A stretch of 32,000 nucleotides of DNA from Kineococcus radiotolerans SRS30216 = ATCC BAA-149 (GTDB taxonomy: Bacteria; Actinomycetota; Actinomycetes; Actinomycetales; Kineococcaceae), in NCBI RefSeq assembly GCF_000017305.1, contig NC_009664.2, positions 2,520,001 through 2,552,000 of the forward strand, in the 5' to 3' direction. Shown here in pieces: positions 7,894 through 15,742 of the stretch; position 1 is the stretch's first letter; each line of letters opens with the position of its first letter. Below the pieces are notes generated by a model. The model searched no databases. It was not told the origin of the DNA and saw only the letters and a program-made list of their open reading frames with translations. The position numbers and the translations under genes were made by a program.

Positions 7894-9732
7894 GTGACGA
7901 CCGAGGGCTGGCCCGACGACAGGATCACCTCCTCCGACGCCCCGTCGATCGTCCGCCACCACGCCGGACCGGCCGACGACCCGGACCGCTACGAGCTGCT
8001 GGGCGAGGCCGACGGCGCCGACGAGGCGTGGCACGTGATCGACCACCGCGCCGTGACGGGGGAGGCGCTGTTCACCCTCGCCGCGCTGCGCCCGGCGGCG
8101 ACCGGCGACCTCGAGGTCCGCCACGACGCGGGCGGGGACGTGCAGGACGGGGAGGACGGGGACGACGCCCCGGTGCCGCCCGAGGTCCTCTGGCGCGAAC
8201 GGGCCGCCGGCCTGGCCCGCGTCCGCCACGCCCGGCTCGCCGGCCTCGTGGGCACCTTCACCGGACCCGCCCCGCACGCCCCCGGCCGCGCCGACCTGCA
8301 GGCGCGGGAGTGGGACTACGCCGTCCTCGAGCAGGCCGCCGGCCGGTCGGTGGCCGACTGGCTGCGCGACGACCCCGGCGCCGGCGTCGAGGAGCGCTTC
8401 ACCGTCCTGGCCGCCGCGGCCGCGGTCCTGCAGGAGCTGCACCGGGGGTCCGAGGACGCCCCGCCGGTCGTGCACGGCGACATCACCCCGCGCTCGGTGC
8501 GCCTGGGCGGCTTCTGGCCCGCCGACGGCGTCCGGCTCTCCGGGGCGAGCCTGGGCGGGTTGCGGCACGGCCCCGTGCGGCGGCGCTCCAGCAGCGTCTA
8601 CACCGCGCCCGAGGTGCGGCGGGGAGCGCTGCCCTCCGCGGCCAGCGACGTCTTCGGCCTCGGCGCGACGGCCGTCCTGGTCCTCACCGGCACGCCCCCG
8701 GCCACCTCCCCCGACGGCGTCCTGGACCCCGCGCTGGTGAAGCGGCAGCTCTTCGCCGCCCCGCTGACCGCCCCGCACCCGGGGCTGGCCGAGGTCCTGC
8801 TGCAGGCCCTCTCCGACGACCCCGCCCAGCGCCCGGACCGGCTGCCGGCCTGGGTCAACGGGATGCGCGCCTTCGTCGAGCCGCGGTCCTCCGCGGGCAC
8901 CCGCGACGGGGCGGGCCCCGTCGGCGCGGCGGGGGCGGCGGCGGGAGCGGCGGCCGCCCGGTCGGCGCGCACGCTGCCCCGGCGCCCGGTGGTCGTCGTC
9001 GCGGGGGCGCTGCTGCTGGCGACCGCCGGCACCGCGGTCGCGATCGGCGCGGTGCAGCAGGGCCGGCTGAAGGACGTCCCCAACCCCGTCGCCATCGTCC
9101 AGGGGCCTCAGACCCCCGCCGCGCCGTCCCCGCCCCCGGCGCCGCCCGCCCCGGTGCCCACCAGCGCGGAACCGTCTGCGGACGGGTCCGCGCGCCCGCG
9201 GGTCCCCGCCACCCGCCGCCCCTCCGCGTCGGCCTCCTCGACCCCCCCGTCGCCCTCCGCGTCGGTGCCCCCCACCGCGCCGGCAGTACCGGCGCCGACG
9301 ACCGGGCCGGACCTGCTCGGGGGCCCGCCGACCGCCACCCCGCCCCCGGGCACGTCCCCGGCGCCGGCCGTCCCCGTGCCCCCCGCGGTGCCCACGACGT
9401 CCCCCACGACCTCACCCACCACCTCGACGGCCCCGCCCACCGGCGGGCCCGGGGTCCCGCCGCCCACCCCCACCCCGACCGCGCCCCCCACGAGCAGCCC
9501 CACGGGCAGCCCGACGGGCAGCCCCACCTCCAGCGCGCCGCCCACCCCGACGGCGAGCACGTCGACGGCGGCCGTCCCCCCGCGCACCGAGTCCCCCACC
9601 CCGCCGGGGAACGGGGTCGGGAACGGGGTCGGGAACGGGCCGGGCAACGGGATCGGGAACGGACCGCCGCCCGAGGTGACCCTGCCGCCGCGCGTCGCCC
9701 CCGGCCTCGACGGGACCCCCGCCGACCGCTGA
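7894..9732 (+). CDS. Membrane-anchored Ser/Thr-kinase-fold protein, probably a pseudokinase, with one TM helix and a long extracytoplasmic Pro/Thr/Ser-rich tail
   Basis: The C-lobe is recognisable: VVHGDITPRSV (degenerate HRDxKxxN), YTAPE, SDVFGLG, DDPAQRP. There is no Gly-rich loop, no Lys anywhere in the N-lobe and no DFG. TM helix: VVVVAGALLLATAGTAVAIGAV. GTG 7894 is preferred because GGAGG lies 8 nt upstream; the track ORF starts at a TTG at 7819. Confidence 0.7.
   Translation: MTTEGWPDDRITSSDAPSIVRHHAGPADDPDRYELLGEADGADEAWHVIDHRAVTGEALFTLAALRPAATGDLEVRHDAGGDVQDGEDGDDAPVPPEVLWRERAAGLARVRHARLAGLVGTFTGPAPHAPGRADLQAREWDYAVLEQAAGRSVADWLRDDPGAGVEERFTVLAAAAAVLQELHRGSEDAPPVVHGDITPRSVRLGGFWPADGVRLSGASLGGLRHGPVRRRSSSVYTAPEVRRGALPSAASDVFGLGATAVLVLTGTPPATSPDGVLDPALVKRQLFAAPLTAPHPGLAEVLLQALSDDPAQRPDRLPAWVNGMRAFVEPRSSAGTRDGAGPVGAAGAAAGAAAARSARTLPRRPVVVVAGALLLATAGTAVAIGAVQQGRLKDVPNPVAIVQGPQTPAAPSPPPAPPAPVPTSAEPSADGSARPRVPATRRPSASASSTPPSPSASVPPTAPAVPAPTTGPDLLGGPPTATPPPGTSPAPAVPVPPAVPTTSPTTSPTTSTAPPTGGPGVPPPTPTPTAPPTSSPTGSPTGSPTSSAPPTPTASTSTAAVPPRTESPTPPGNGVGNGVGNGPGNGIGNGPPPEVTLPPRVAPGLDGTPADR
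9607..9666 (+). repeat. In-frame 12-bp tandem repeat (GGGAACGGGGTC x5, progressively degenerate) encoding (G-N-G-V/P/I)5 inside the kinase-like gene
   Basis: Read directly: units at 9607, 9619, 9631, 9643 and 9655. The first two are identical. Confidence 0.9.
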
Positions 9733-9971
9733 CCCCGGCGGTGGGAAGGGCCCCCGGGGCTCCTGTGGAGGTGTGGTGCACACCCGGTCGGCCCAGCACC
9801 GGGGGCGGGCGCCCGCAGCACGGCGACGCATACTGAGGACGACGAGCACCCAGGGCGTGGCGCCGAAGGCCCCGCCGACCGCCGCCGACGGATCGGTGGC
9901 ACCCACGACGCGAACCGGCGCGAGCGACCGTCGCCCGCACCGGCGCACGACCGCCGGAGGACCAGACAGAC

Positions 9972-12266
9972 GTGGCCGCACGACGTCCCGCCCCCACCCC
10001 GCCGACCCGCCGCAGCGCGGGCCGGCCCCCGGCCCGACCCGCGCGCCGCCCCCGGCGCCGCCGCGTCCTCGGCTGGCTCCTCGGGCTGCTCGTCGCCGGT
10101 CTGGCGCTCGCCGCCGGCGGGTTCACCGCGGCCTACGCGCTGGTGAAGGTCCCCGACCCCAACGAGCTCGCCGACGCCCAGATCAGCACGGTCTACTACG
10201 CCGACGGCACCACCGAGCTGGGCCGGTTCGCCTCGGTCAACCGGGAGAACGTGCCCCTGGCCCAGGTGCCGGACCCCGTCCAGAAGGCCGTGCTGGCCGC
10301 GGAGGACCGCAGCTACTACGAGAACCGCGGCGTCTCGCCCACCGGCATCGCCCGGGCCCTGTGGAGCAACGTCAGCGACGGCACCAGCCAGGGCGGCTCC
10401 ACCCTCACCCAGCAGTACGTCAAGAACTACTACCTCTCCGCCGAGCAGTCGTACACGCGCAAGGCCAAGGAGTTCTTCATCTCGCTGAAGCTCGACCAGC
10501 AGCAGACGAAGGACGAGACGCTGGAGAACTACCTCAACACCGTCTACTTCGGCCGGGGCGCCTACGGCATCCAGGCCGCGTCGCAGGCCTACTTCGGGAT
10601 CGACTCCGCCCAGCTGAACGTGTCCCAGGGGGCGCTGCTGGCCGCGCTGCTCAAGGGCCCGGGCAACTACGACCCCCGCAAGGGCGAGACCCAGGCCGCG
10701 GCCGCGCGGGAGCGCGTGGACTACGTCCTCGACGGGATGGTCACCGAGGGCTGGCTCTCCCCGGCCGACCGCGCCGCCGCGGGGCTGCCCGACACGATCG
10801 AGCCGCAGCAGGACAACCAGTGGTCGGGCACCAAGGGGTACCTGCTCAAGACGGTGAAGAACGAGCTGTCGAAGACCGTGGGGCTGTCCGAGGAGGACAT
10901 CGACCGCGGCGGCCTGAAGATCACCACGACGTTCGACGCGAAGGCCCAGGCCGCGGCCGAGGAGGCCGTCGCCGACCAGCTCCCCGCCGAGCGCCCCGAG
11001 GGTTTCCACGTCGCGCTGACCGCGATCGACCCCCGGACCGGCGGGGTCACCGCGATGTACGGCGGGGCGGACTACGAGAAGAGCCAGTTCAACGACGCCA
11101 CCCAGGCCACGGCGCAGGCGGGGTCGACGTTCAAGCCCTTCACCCTGGTCGCGGCGCTGGAGCAGGGCATCTCGCTGCGGACGACGTTCAACGGCTCCAG
11201 CCCGCGCACCATCGACGACTGGCCGGCGAGGAACTTCGGCGACGAGCAGTTCGGGCGCATCGACCTCGTCACCGCGACCGAGCACTCGGTCAACACCGTC
11301 TACGGGCAGCTCAACGACGAGGTCACGCCCGAGAAGACCCGCGACGTCGCGATCCGGATGGGGTACCCGCAGGAGACCGCGGGCCTGGCGGACAAGGACA
11401 CCACCATCTCCAACGTGCTGGGCACGGCCTCCCCGCACCCCATCGACGTCACCCAGGCCTACGCCACCTTCGCCGCGCAGGGCACCCGCACCCCGTGGCA
11501 CACCATCGCCAGCATCGACGACTCCGCCGGCACCCGGACCTACACGGCCTCGCCCACGACGACCCAGGCCATCGCCCCCGACGTGGCCGCCGACGCCACC
11601 TACGCCATGCAGCAGGTCGTGCAGTCCGGCACCGGCGCCTACGCCAAGCGCCTCAGCCGCCCCGCGGCCGGCAAGACGGGCACCTCCAACGGCAACATGT
11701 CGGCGTGGTTCGCGGGGTTCACCCCCAACCTCGCCGCGTCGGTGGCCCTGTTCCAGACCAGCCCCGACGGCAAGAGCAACGTGTCCCTGAAGCTGGGCCG
11801 CGGGGAGGTCACCGGCGGCTCCTACCCGGTGCGGATCTGGACGGCGTTCATGCGCGCCGCCCTCGACGGGGTCGAGGAGGAGGACTTCCCGGCCCGCGCG
11901 AACGTCGGCGTGGCCAAGGGCTCCACGAGCACGGCCACGTCGCGCTCCACCTCCCGGCCGAGCTCGACGTCCTCGTCGACCTCCACCGCGACGTCGTCCC
12001 CGACCGCGACCGAGAGCCCCACCGGCACCCCCACCGACTCCCCGAGCGGGGACCCCACCGGCACCCCCACGGGCACGCCGGCGAGCCCGTCGTCGAGCGC
12101 GTCGAGCTCCGCCAGCGCCTCCAGCAGCAGCCCGGCCCCGACCGGCGGCGCCGCCGGGGACGGCGACCCCGGCGAGCAGGCCGCCGAGCAAGCCGCGGCG
12201 GGCGGCGCGCGGGCCGGTGCGGCGGTCCCGAGCGCCGCGGCCCCGAGCGCGGCGGCCGCCGGGTAG
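9972..12266 (+). CDS. ponA: Class A penicillin-binding protein (bifunctional GT51 transglycosylase / transpeptidase) with a Ser/Thr/Pro-rich C-terminal tail
   Basis: GT51 motifs are present (AEDRSYYENRGVS, GGSTLTQQYVKN). Transpeptidase motifs are present (STFKP, SVN, KTGTS). There is an N-terminal signal-anchor. GGAGGA lies 11 nt upstream of GTG 9972. The gene occupies the ponA1 position of the conserved ponA-Rv0051-rpsF-ssb-rpsR-rplI-dnaB arrangement known from mycobacteria. Confidence 0.9.
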   Translation: MAARRPAPTPPTRRSAGRPPARPARRPRRRRVLGWLLGLLVAGLALAAGGFTAAYALVKVPDPNELADAQISTVYYADGTTELGRFASVNRENVPLAQVPDPVQKAVLAAEDRSYYENRGVSPTGIARALWSNVSDGTSQGGSTLTQQYVKNYYLSAEQSYTRKAKEFFISLKLDQQQTKDETLENYLNTVYFGRGAYGIQAASQAYFGIDSAQLNVSQGALLAALLKGPGNYDPRKGETQAAAARERVDYVLDGMVTEGWLSPADRAAAGLPDTIEPQQDNQWSGTKGYLLKTVKNELSKTVGLSEEDIDRGGLKITTTFDAKAQAAAEEAVADQLPAERPEGFHVALTAIDPRTGGVTAMYGGADYEKSQFNDATQATAQAGSTFKPFTLVAALEQGISLRTTFNGSSPRTIDDWPARNFGDEQFGRIDLVTATEHSVNTVYGQLNDEVTPEKTRDVAIRMGYPQETAGLADKDTTISNVLGTASPHPIDVTQAYATFAAQGTRTPWHTIASIDDSAGTRTYTASPTTTQAIAPDVAADATYAMQQVVQSGTGAYAKRLSRPAAGKTGTSNGNMSAWFAGFTPNLAASVALFQTSPDGKSNVSLKLGRGEVTGGSYPVRIWTAFMRAALDGVEEEDFPARANVGVAKGSTSTATSRSTSRPSSTSSSTSTATSSPTATESPTGTPTDSPSGDPTGTPTGTPASPSSSASSSASASSSSPAPTGGAAGDGDPGEQAAEQAAAGGARAGAAVPSAAAPSAAAAG

Positions 12267-12280
12267 GGGAAGCTGACGGG

Positions 12281-13693
12281 GTGAGCGAGCCCTCGAGCCC
12301 CGCGCCGCCCGGCGCCCCCTCGGTCCCGCCGACGGCCGTGGACCCCCTCGCCCGCGCGGGCAGCGAGGTCCTCGGCGGCCCCGCCGGGCGGCGCCTGGGC
12401 GGCGACGGCCCCTGGTGGGCGCGCGCGCTGCCGGTGGCGGTGTTCCTCACCTCCGCCGCGATCGCGGTGGGGGTGGCCACCCGCCACCACTGCCGGGCGC
12501 AGGGCTGGAACACCCCCGACCAGTTCGTCCACGCCTGCTACTCCGACCTGCCGGTCGTCTTCACCTCCTCCGGCCTGGCGAACGGGCTCGGCCCCTACGA
12601 CGACGGCGTCGCGCTGAACCAGCCGCCGGTGACCGCGGCGCTGGCCTGGCTGCTCGCCCGGCTCGCCCCGCACGAGGTGACCGTCGCGGCCCAGCGGACC
12701 TACTTCGACGTGTCCTCGGTGCTGCTGCTGCTCGCGGCGCTCGTCGTCACCGTCTCGGTCTGGGCCACCACCGGCCGCGGGCGCGGCTGGGACGTCCTGC
12801 TCGTCGCGGTCAGCCCCGTCCTCGCCCTCTCCGGCCTGCTCTCCCTCGACCTGGCCGGGGTCGCCCTGGCCACCGCCGGGACGGCCTGCTGGGCCCGCAG
12901 GCGCCCGGTCGCGGCGGGGGTCCTGCTGGGCCTGGCCGTCGCGGCCCGCACCTACCCCGTGCTGGTCCTGCTCGCCATCGCGCTGCTCGCGGTGCGCACC
13001 GGCCGCCACCGCGCGGCCGCGACGACGGTGCTGGCCGCGGTGCTGGCCTGGCTCGCGGTGGACCTGCCCCTCGCCCTGACCCGCCCCGGGGCCTGGTCCG
13101 CCTACCTCAGCGCCTTCTTCGAGCAGCGCGCCGGGTACGGGTCGCCGTGGGTCCTGCCGCAGCTGGCCCAGCAGGCCGTCGGCGCGGAGGGCACCTCGGG
13201 GCTGCCCGGCACCGCGGTGGTCGTGCTGAGCGTCGGCGCCTGGATCGCGTGGACGGCCCTCGTCGGGGTCTTCGCGCTGTGGGCCCCGCGCCGGCCCCGG
13301 CTGCCGCAGGTCGCGTTCCTGCTCGTGGCGGGCTGCTGCGCGCTGGGGGTGGCCTTCCCCCCGCAGGCGTCGCTGTGGCTGCTGCCGCTGGCCGTGCTCG
13401 CGGTCCCGCGCTGGCGCGACCAGGTGCTGTGGTGGGCCGCGGAGGCGGCGTACTACGGGGCCGTCTGGCTCTACATCGCGGGGCAGACCAACACCGACCG
13501 GGCGCTGCCGCCGGAGCTGTACGCGCTCTTCCTGCTGCTGCGCCTGGCCGCGGTGGCCTGGCTGGTGGTCTGCGTGGTGCGCGAGGCGCGCGCCCCCCGC
13601 CGCGACGCGGTCCGCTCCACCCCCGGGCTGGATGACCCCGCGGGCGGTGACTTCGACGGGGCCCCCGACGCCCTCGTCGTGCGGATCGGCTGA
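12281..13693 (+). CDS. Polytopic membrane protein, GT87/DUF2029-like glycosyltransferase (Rv0051-position homologue)
   Basis: This is the downstream part of track ORF 9773..13693, starting at GTG 12281, 15 nt after the PBP stop. It has about 10 hydrophobic helices. The family call rests on the architecture and on the conserved position between ponA and rpsF. Confidence 0.65.
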   Translation: MSEPSSPAPPGAPSVPPTAVDPLARAGSEVLGGPAGRRLGGDGPWWARALPVAVFLTSAAIAVGVATRHHCRAQGWNTPDQFVHACYSDLPVVFTSSGLANGLGPYDDGVALNQPPVTAALAWLLARLAPHEVTVAAQRTYFDVSSVLLLLAALVVTVSVWATTGRGRGWDVLLVAVSPVLALSGLLSLDLAGVALATAGTACWARRRPVAAGVLLGLAVAARTYPVLVLLAIALLAVRTGRHRAAATTVLAAVLAWLAVDLPLALTRPGAWSAYLSAFFEQRAGYGSPWVLPQLAQQAVGAEGTSGLPGTAVVVLSVGAWIAWTALVGVFALWAPRRPRLPQVAFLLVAGCCALGVAFPPQASLWLLPLAVLAVPRWRDQVLWWAAEAAYYGAVWLYIAGQTNTDRALPPELYALFLLLRLAAVAWLVVCVVREARAPRRDAVRSTPGLDDPAGGDFDGAPDALVVRIG

Positions 13694-13805
13694 CCGCCCG
13701 GGCGTGCACAGGGGCCCCGGCGGCGGGGTCTGTGGACGGCCGGACCCGCGCCCGGCGCCCGCGCGGCACAGTGGGCGCCCGGGGGCCGGTAGACTTCTGT
13801 GGTTC

Positions 13806-13904
13806 CCCGTCCGCTCGCAGCACGTGAGCCGGGCGGGACGACACGCACCGAGACCCTCCTGCCACGGAGAGACCGTGGCCGCCTGAGACCGAAGGAGGTG
13901 GGGA
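13806..13904 (+). promoter_or_regulatory. Structured rpsF 5' leader (candidate S6:S18 autoregulatory element) with an anti-SD segment
   Basis: Hairpin 1 pairs 13806-13816 with 13826-13837 (11 pairs including one G-U and one bulge). Hairpin 2 pairs 13862-13867 with 13873-13878 (ccacgg/ccgtgg). CCTCCT at 13855-13860 is exactly complementary to the AGGAGG SD at 13893-13898. Confidence 0.4.
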
Positions 13905-14201
13905 ATGAGCGCGCGTCAGTACGAGCTCATGGTGATCCTCGACGCGGAGCTGGAAGAGCGGACGGTCGCCCCGTCCCTCGACCGCTTCCTCAACGTGGTC
14001 CGCCAGGGCGGTGGCGAGGTCGGCAAGGTCGACATCTGGGGCCGCCGCCGGCTCGCGTACGACATCAAGAAGAAGTCCGAAGGCATCTACGCGGTGATCG
14101 AGCTCAACACCGAGCCCGCCGTCGCGCAGGAGCTCGACCGCCAGCTCAACCTCAACGAGGGTGTGCTGCGCACCAAGCTGCTGCGAGCCGAGGCTGCCTG
14201 A
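13905..14201 (+). CDS. rpsF: 30S ribosomal protein S6
   Basis: 98 aa ([13 protein letters not shown]...[24 protein letters not shown]). A strong GAAGGAGG RBS is present. Confidence 0.95.
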   Translation: MSARQYELMVILDAELEERTVAPSLDRFLNVVRQGGGEVGKVDIWGRRRLAYDIKKKSEGIYAVIELNTEPAVAQELDRQLNLNEGVLRTKLLRAEAA

Positions 14202-14797
14202 TGGCGGGTGAAACCGTCGTCACGCTGATCGGGAACCTCACCAACGACCCCGAACTGCGCTTCACCCCGTCGGGTGCCGCGGTGGCCAACTTCACGGTCG
14301 CCTCGACGCCCCGCACGTTCGACCGCCAGTCGAACGAGTGGAAGGACGGCGAGACGTTGTTCATGCGCTGCGCGATCTGGCGCGAGGCGGCGGAGAACGT
14401 CGCCGAGTCCCTCACGCGCGGCACGCGGGTCGTGGTCACCGGTCGGTTGCAGTCGCGCACCTTCGACACGAAGGAAGGCGAGAAGCGCACCGTCATCGAG
14501 ATGCAGGTCGACGAGGTCGGCCCCTCGCTGCGCTACGCCACCGCGAAGGTCAACAAGACCTCCCGCGGTAGCGGCGGTGGGGGCGGCGGCTTCGGCGGCG
14601 GCGGTGGCGGCGGTTTCTCCGGGGGCGGTTCCGCCGGCGGCAACGCCGGCGGCAGCGGCTCCGGCGGCGGCTGGGGCGGGAACCCCGGCGGCAGCGCTCC
14701 GCAGCCGCAGGACGACCCCTGGGCCACCGGCCCGTCCGGCGGCAACGCCGGCGGCGGGGGCTGGGGCGGCGCGTCCAACGACGACCCGCCGTTCTAG
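14201..14797 (+). CDS. ssb: Single-stranded DNA-binding protein
   Basis: The ATG at 14201 overlaps the rpsF TGA (TGATG). It has an OB fold ([34 protein letters not shown]...), a Gly-rich linker and an acidic tip (DDPPF). The track ORF start at 13799 is an off-target upstream extension. Confidence 0.95.
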   Translation: MAGETVVTLIGNLTNDPELRFTPSGAAVANFTVASTPRTFDRQSNEWKDGETLFMRCAIWREAAENVAESLTRGTRVVVTGRLQSRTFDTKEGEKRTVIEMQVDEVGPSLRYATAKVNKTSRGSGGGGGGFGGGGGGGFSGGGSAGGNAGGSGSGGGWGGNPGGSAPQPQDDPWATGPSGGNAGGGGWGGASNDDPPF

Positions 14798-14960
14798 TCG
14801 GCGACCGCAGCACTCCACGAGACCGGCACCGCGGGGCGAGTCCCCGGGGTTCCGCGCCTCACCGATCCGGCCACCGCGACCACGTCGCGTCCCGCCGGGT
14901 CGCACACATGACGTCATCCCGGGGTAGCACCCCGGGCTCTCACGAGAGGGGAGCACCACG

Positions 14961-15197
14961 ATGGCCAAGGTGCCCGTGCGCAAGCCCAAGAAGAAGCAGA
15001 ACCCGCTCAAGGCCGCCAAGATCGAGGCGGTCGACTACAAGGACACTGCGCTGCTGCGCAAGTTCATCTCCGACCGCGGCAAGATCCGCGCGCGTCGGGT
15101 GACCGGTGTGTCCGTCCAGGAGCAGCGTCAGATCGCCAAGGCGATCAAGAACGCTCGCGAGATGGCGCTGCTGCCCTACAGCAGCTCCGCCCGCTGA
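14961..15197 (+). CDS. rpsR: 30S ribosomal protein S18
   Basis: 78 aa ([40 protein letters not shown]...). Confidence 0.95.
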
Positions 15198-15211
15198 GGA
15201 GGGGGAACGAG

Positions 15212-15664
15212 ATGAAGCTCATCCTCACCCACGAGGTCTCCGGCCTCGGGACCCCCGGCGACGTCGTCGAGGTCAAGGACGGCTACGGCCGCAACTTCCT
15301 GCTGCCCCGCAACCTGGCCACCCCGTGGACCAAGGGTGGCGAGAAGCAGGTCGAGACGATCAGCAAGGCCCGCAAGGCCCGTGCGATCGCCAGCCTCGAC
15401 GAGGCCAAGGCCGTCAAGCAGTCCCTCGAGGCTCGCACGGTGGCGTTCGCCGCTCGCGCCGGCCGCGGGGGCCGCCTGTTCGGCGCCGTGACCCCGGCCG
15501 ACGTCGCGCTCGCCGTGTCCGCCGCCGGCGGTCCCACGGTGGACAAGCGCAAGGTCGAGATCCTGCAGCCGATCAAGACGACCGGCACGCACAAGGCGCT
15601 CGTCCGCCTGCACCCCGACGTCTCCGCCACGGTGACCATCGACGTCGTCGAGGCCACCGCCTGA
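15212..15664 (+). CDS. rplI: 50S ribosomal protein L9
   Basis: 150 aa ([36 protein letters not shown]...). A GAGGAGGGGG RBS is present. Confidence 0.95.
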
Positions 15665-15683
15665 TCGAGGCGCCCGTACGACA

Positions 15684-15715
15684 GAGGCCGGTCGCGCAGC
15701 AGCGCGGCCGGCCTC
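15684..15715. terminator. Bidirectional stem-loop between the convergent rplI and clpC genes
   Basis: A 14-bp stem pairs gaggccggtcgcgc (15684-15697) with gcgcggccggcctc (15702-15715), including one G-U, with loop agca. There is no clear U-tract, which is usual in high-GC actinobacteria. Confidence 0.55.
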
Positions 15716-15742
15716 CGTCGTTCCCGGACGACCCCGGAGGGG

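Noticed and set aside
9108-12191. 1027-aa minus-strand ORF antisense to the PBP gene
   Set aside because: It has the same Arg/Gly-rich artefact composition. The plus-strand frame carries complete GT51 and transpeptidase motifs.
9773-12280. Upstream 836 codons of track ORF 9773..13693
   Set aside because: It is off-frame over the PBP gene with junk composition. The membrane protein begins at GTG 12281.
13799-14200. 134-codon upstream extension of the ssb ORF across rpsF
   Set aside because: It is off-frame over rpsF. SSB homology starts at ATG 14201, which is translationally coupled to the rpsF stop.
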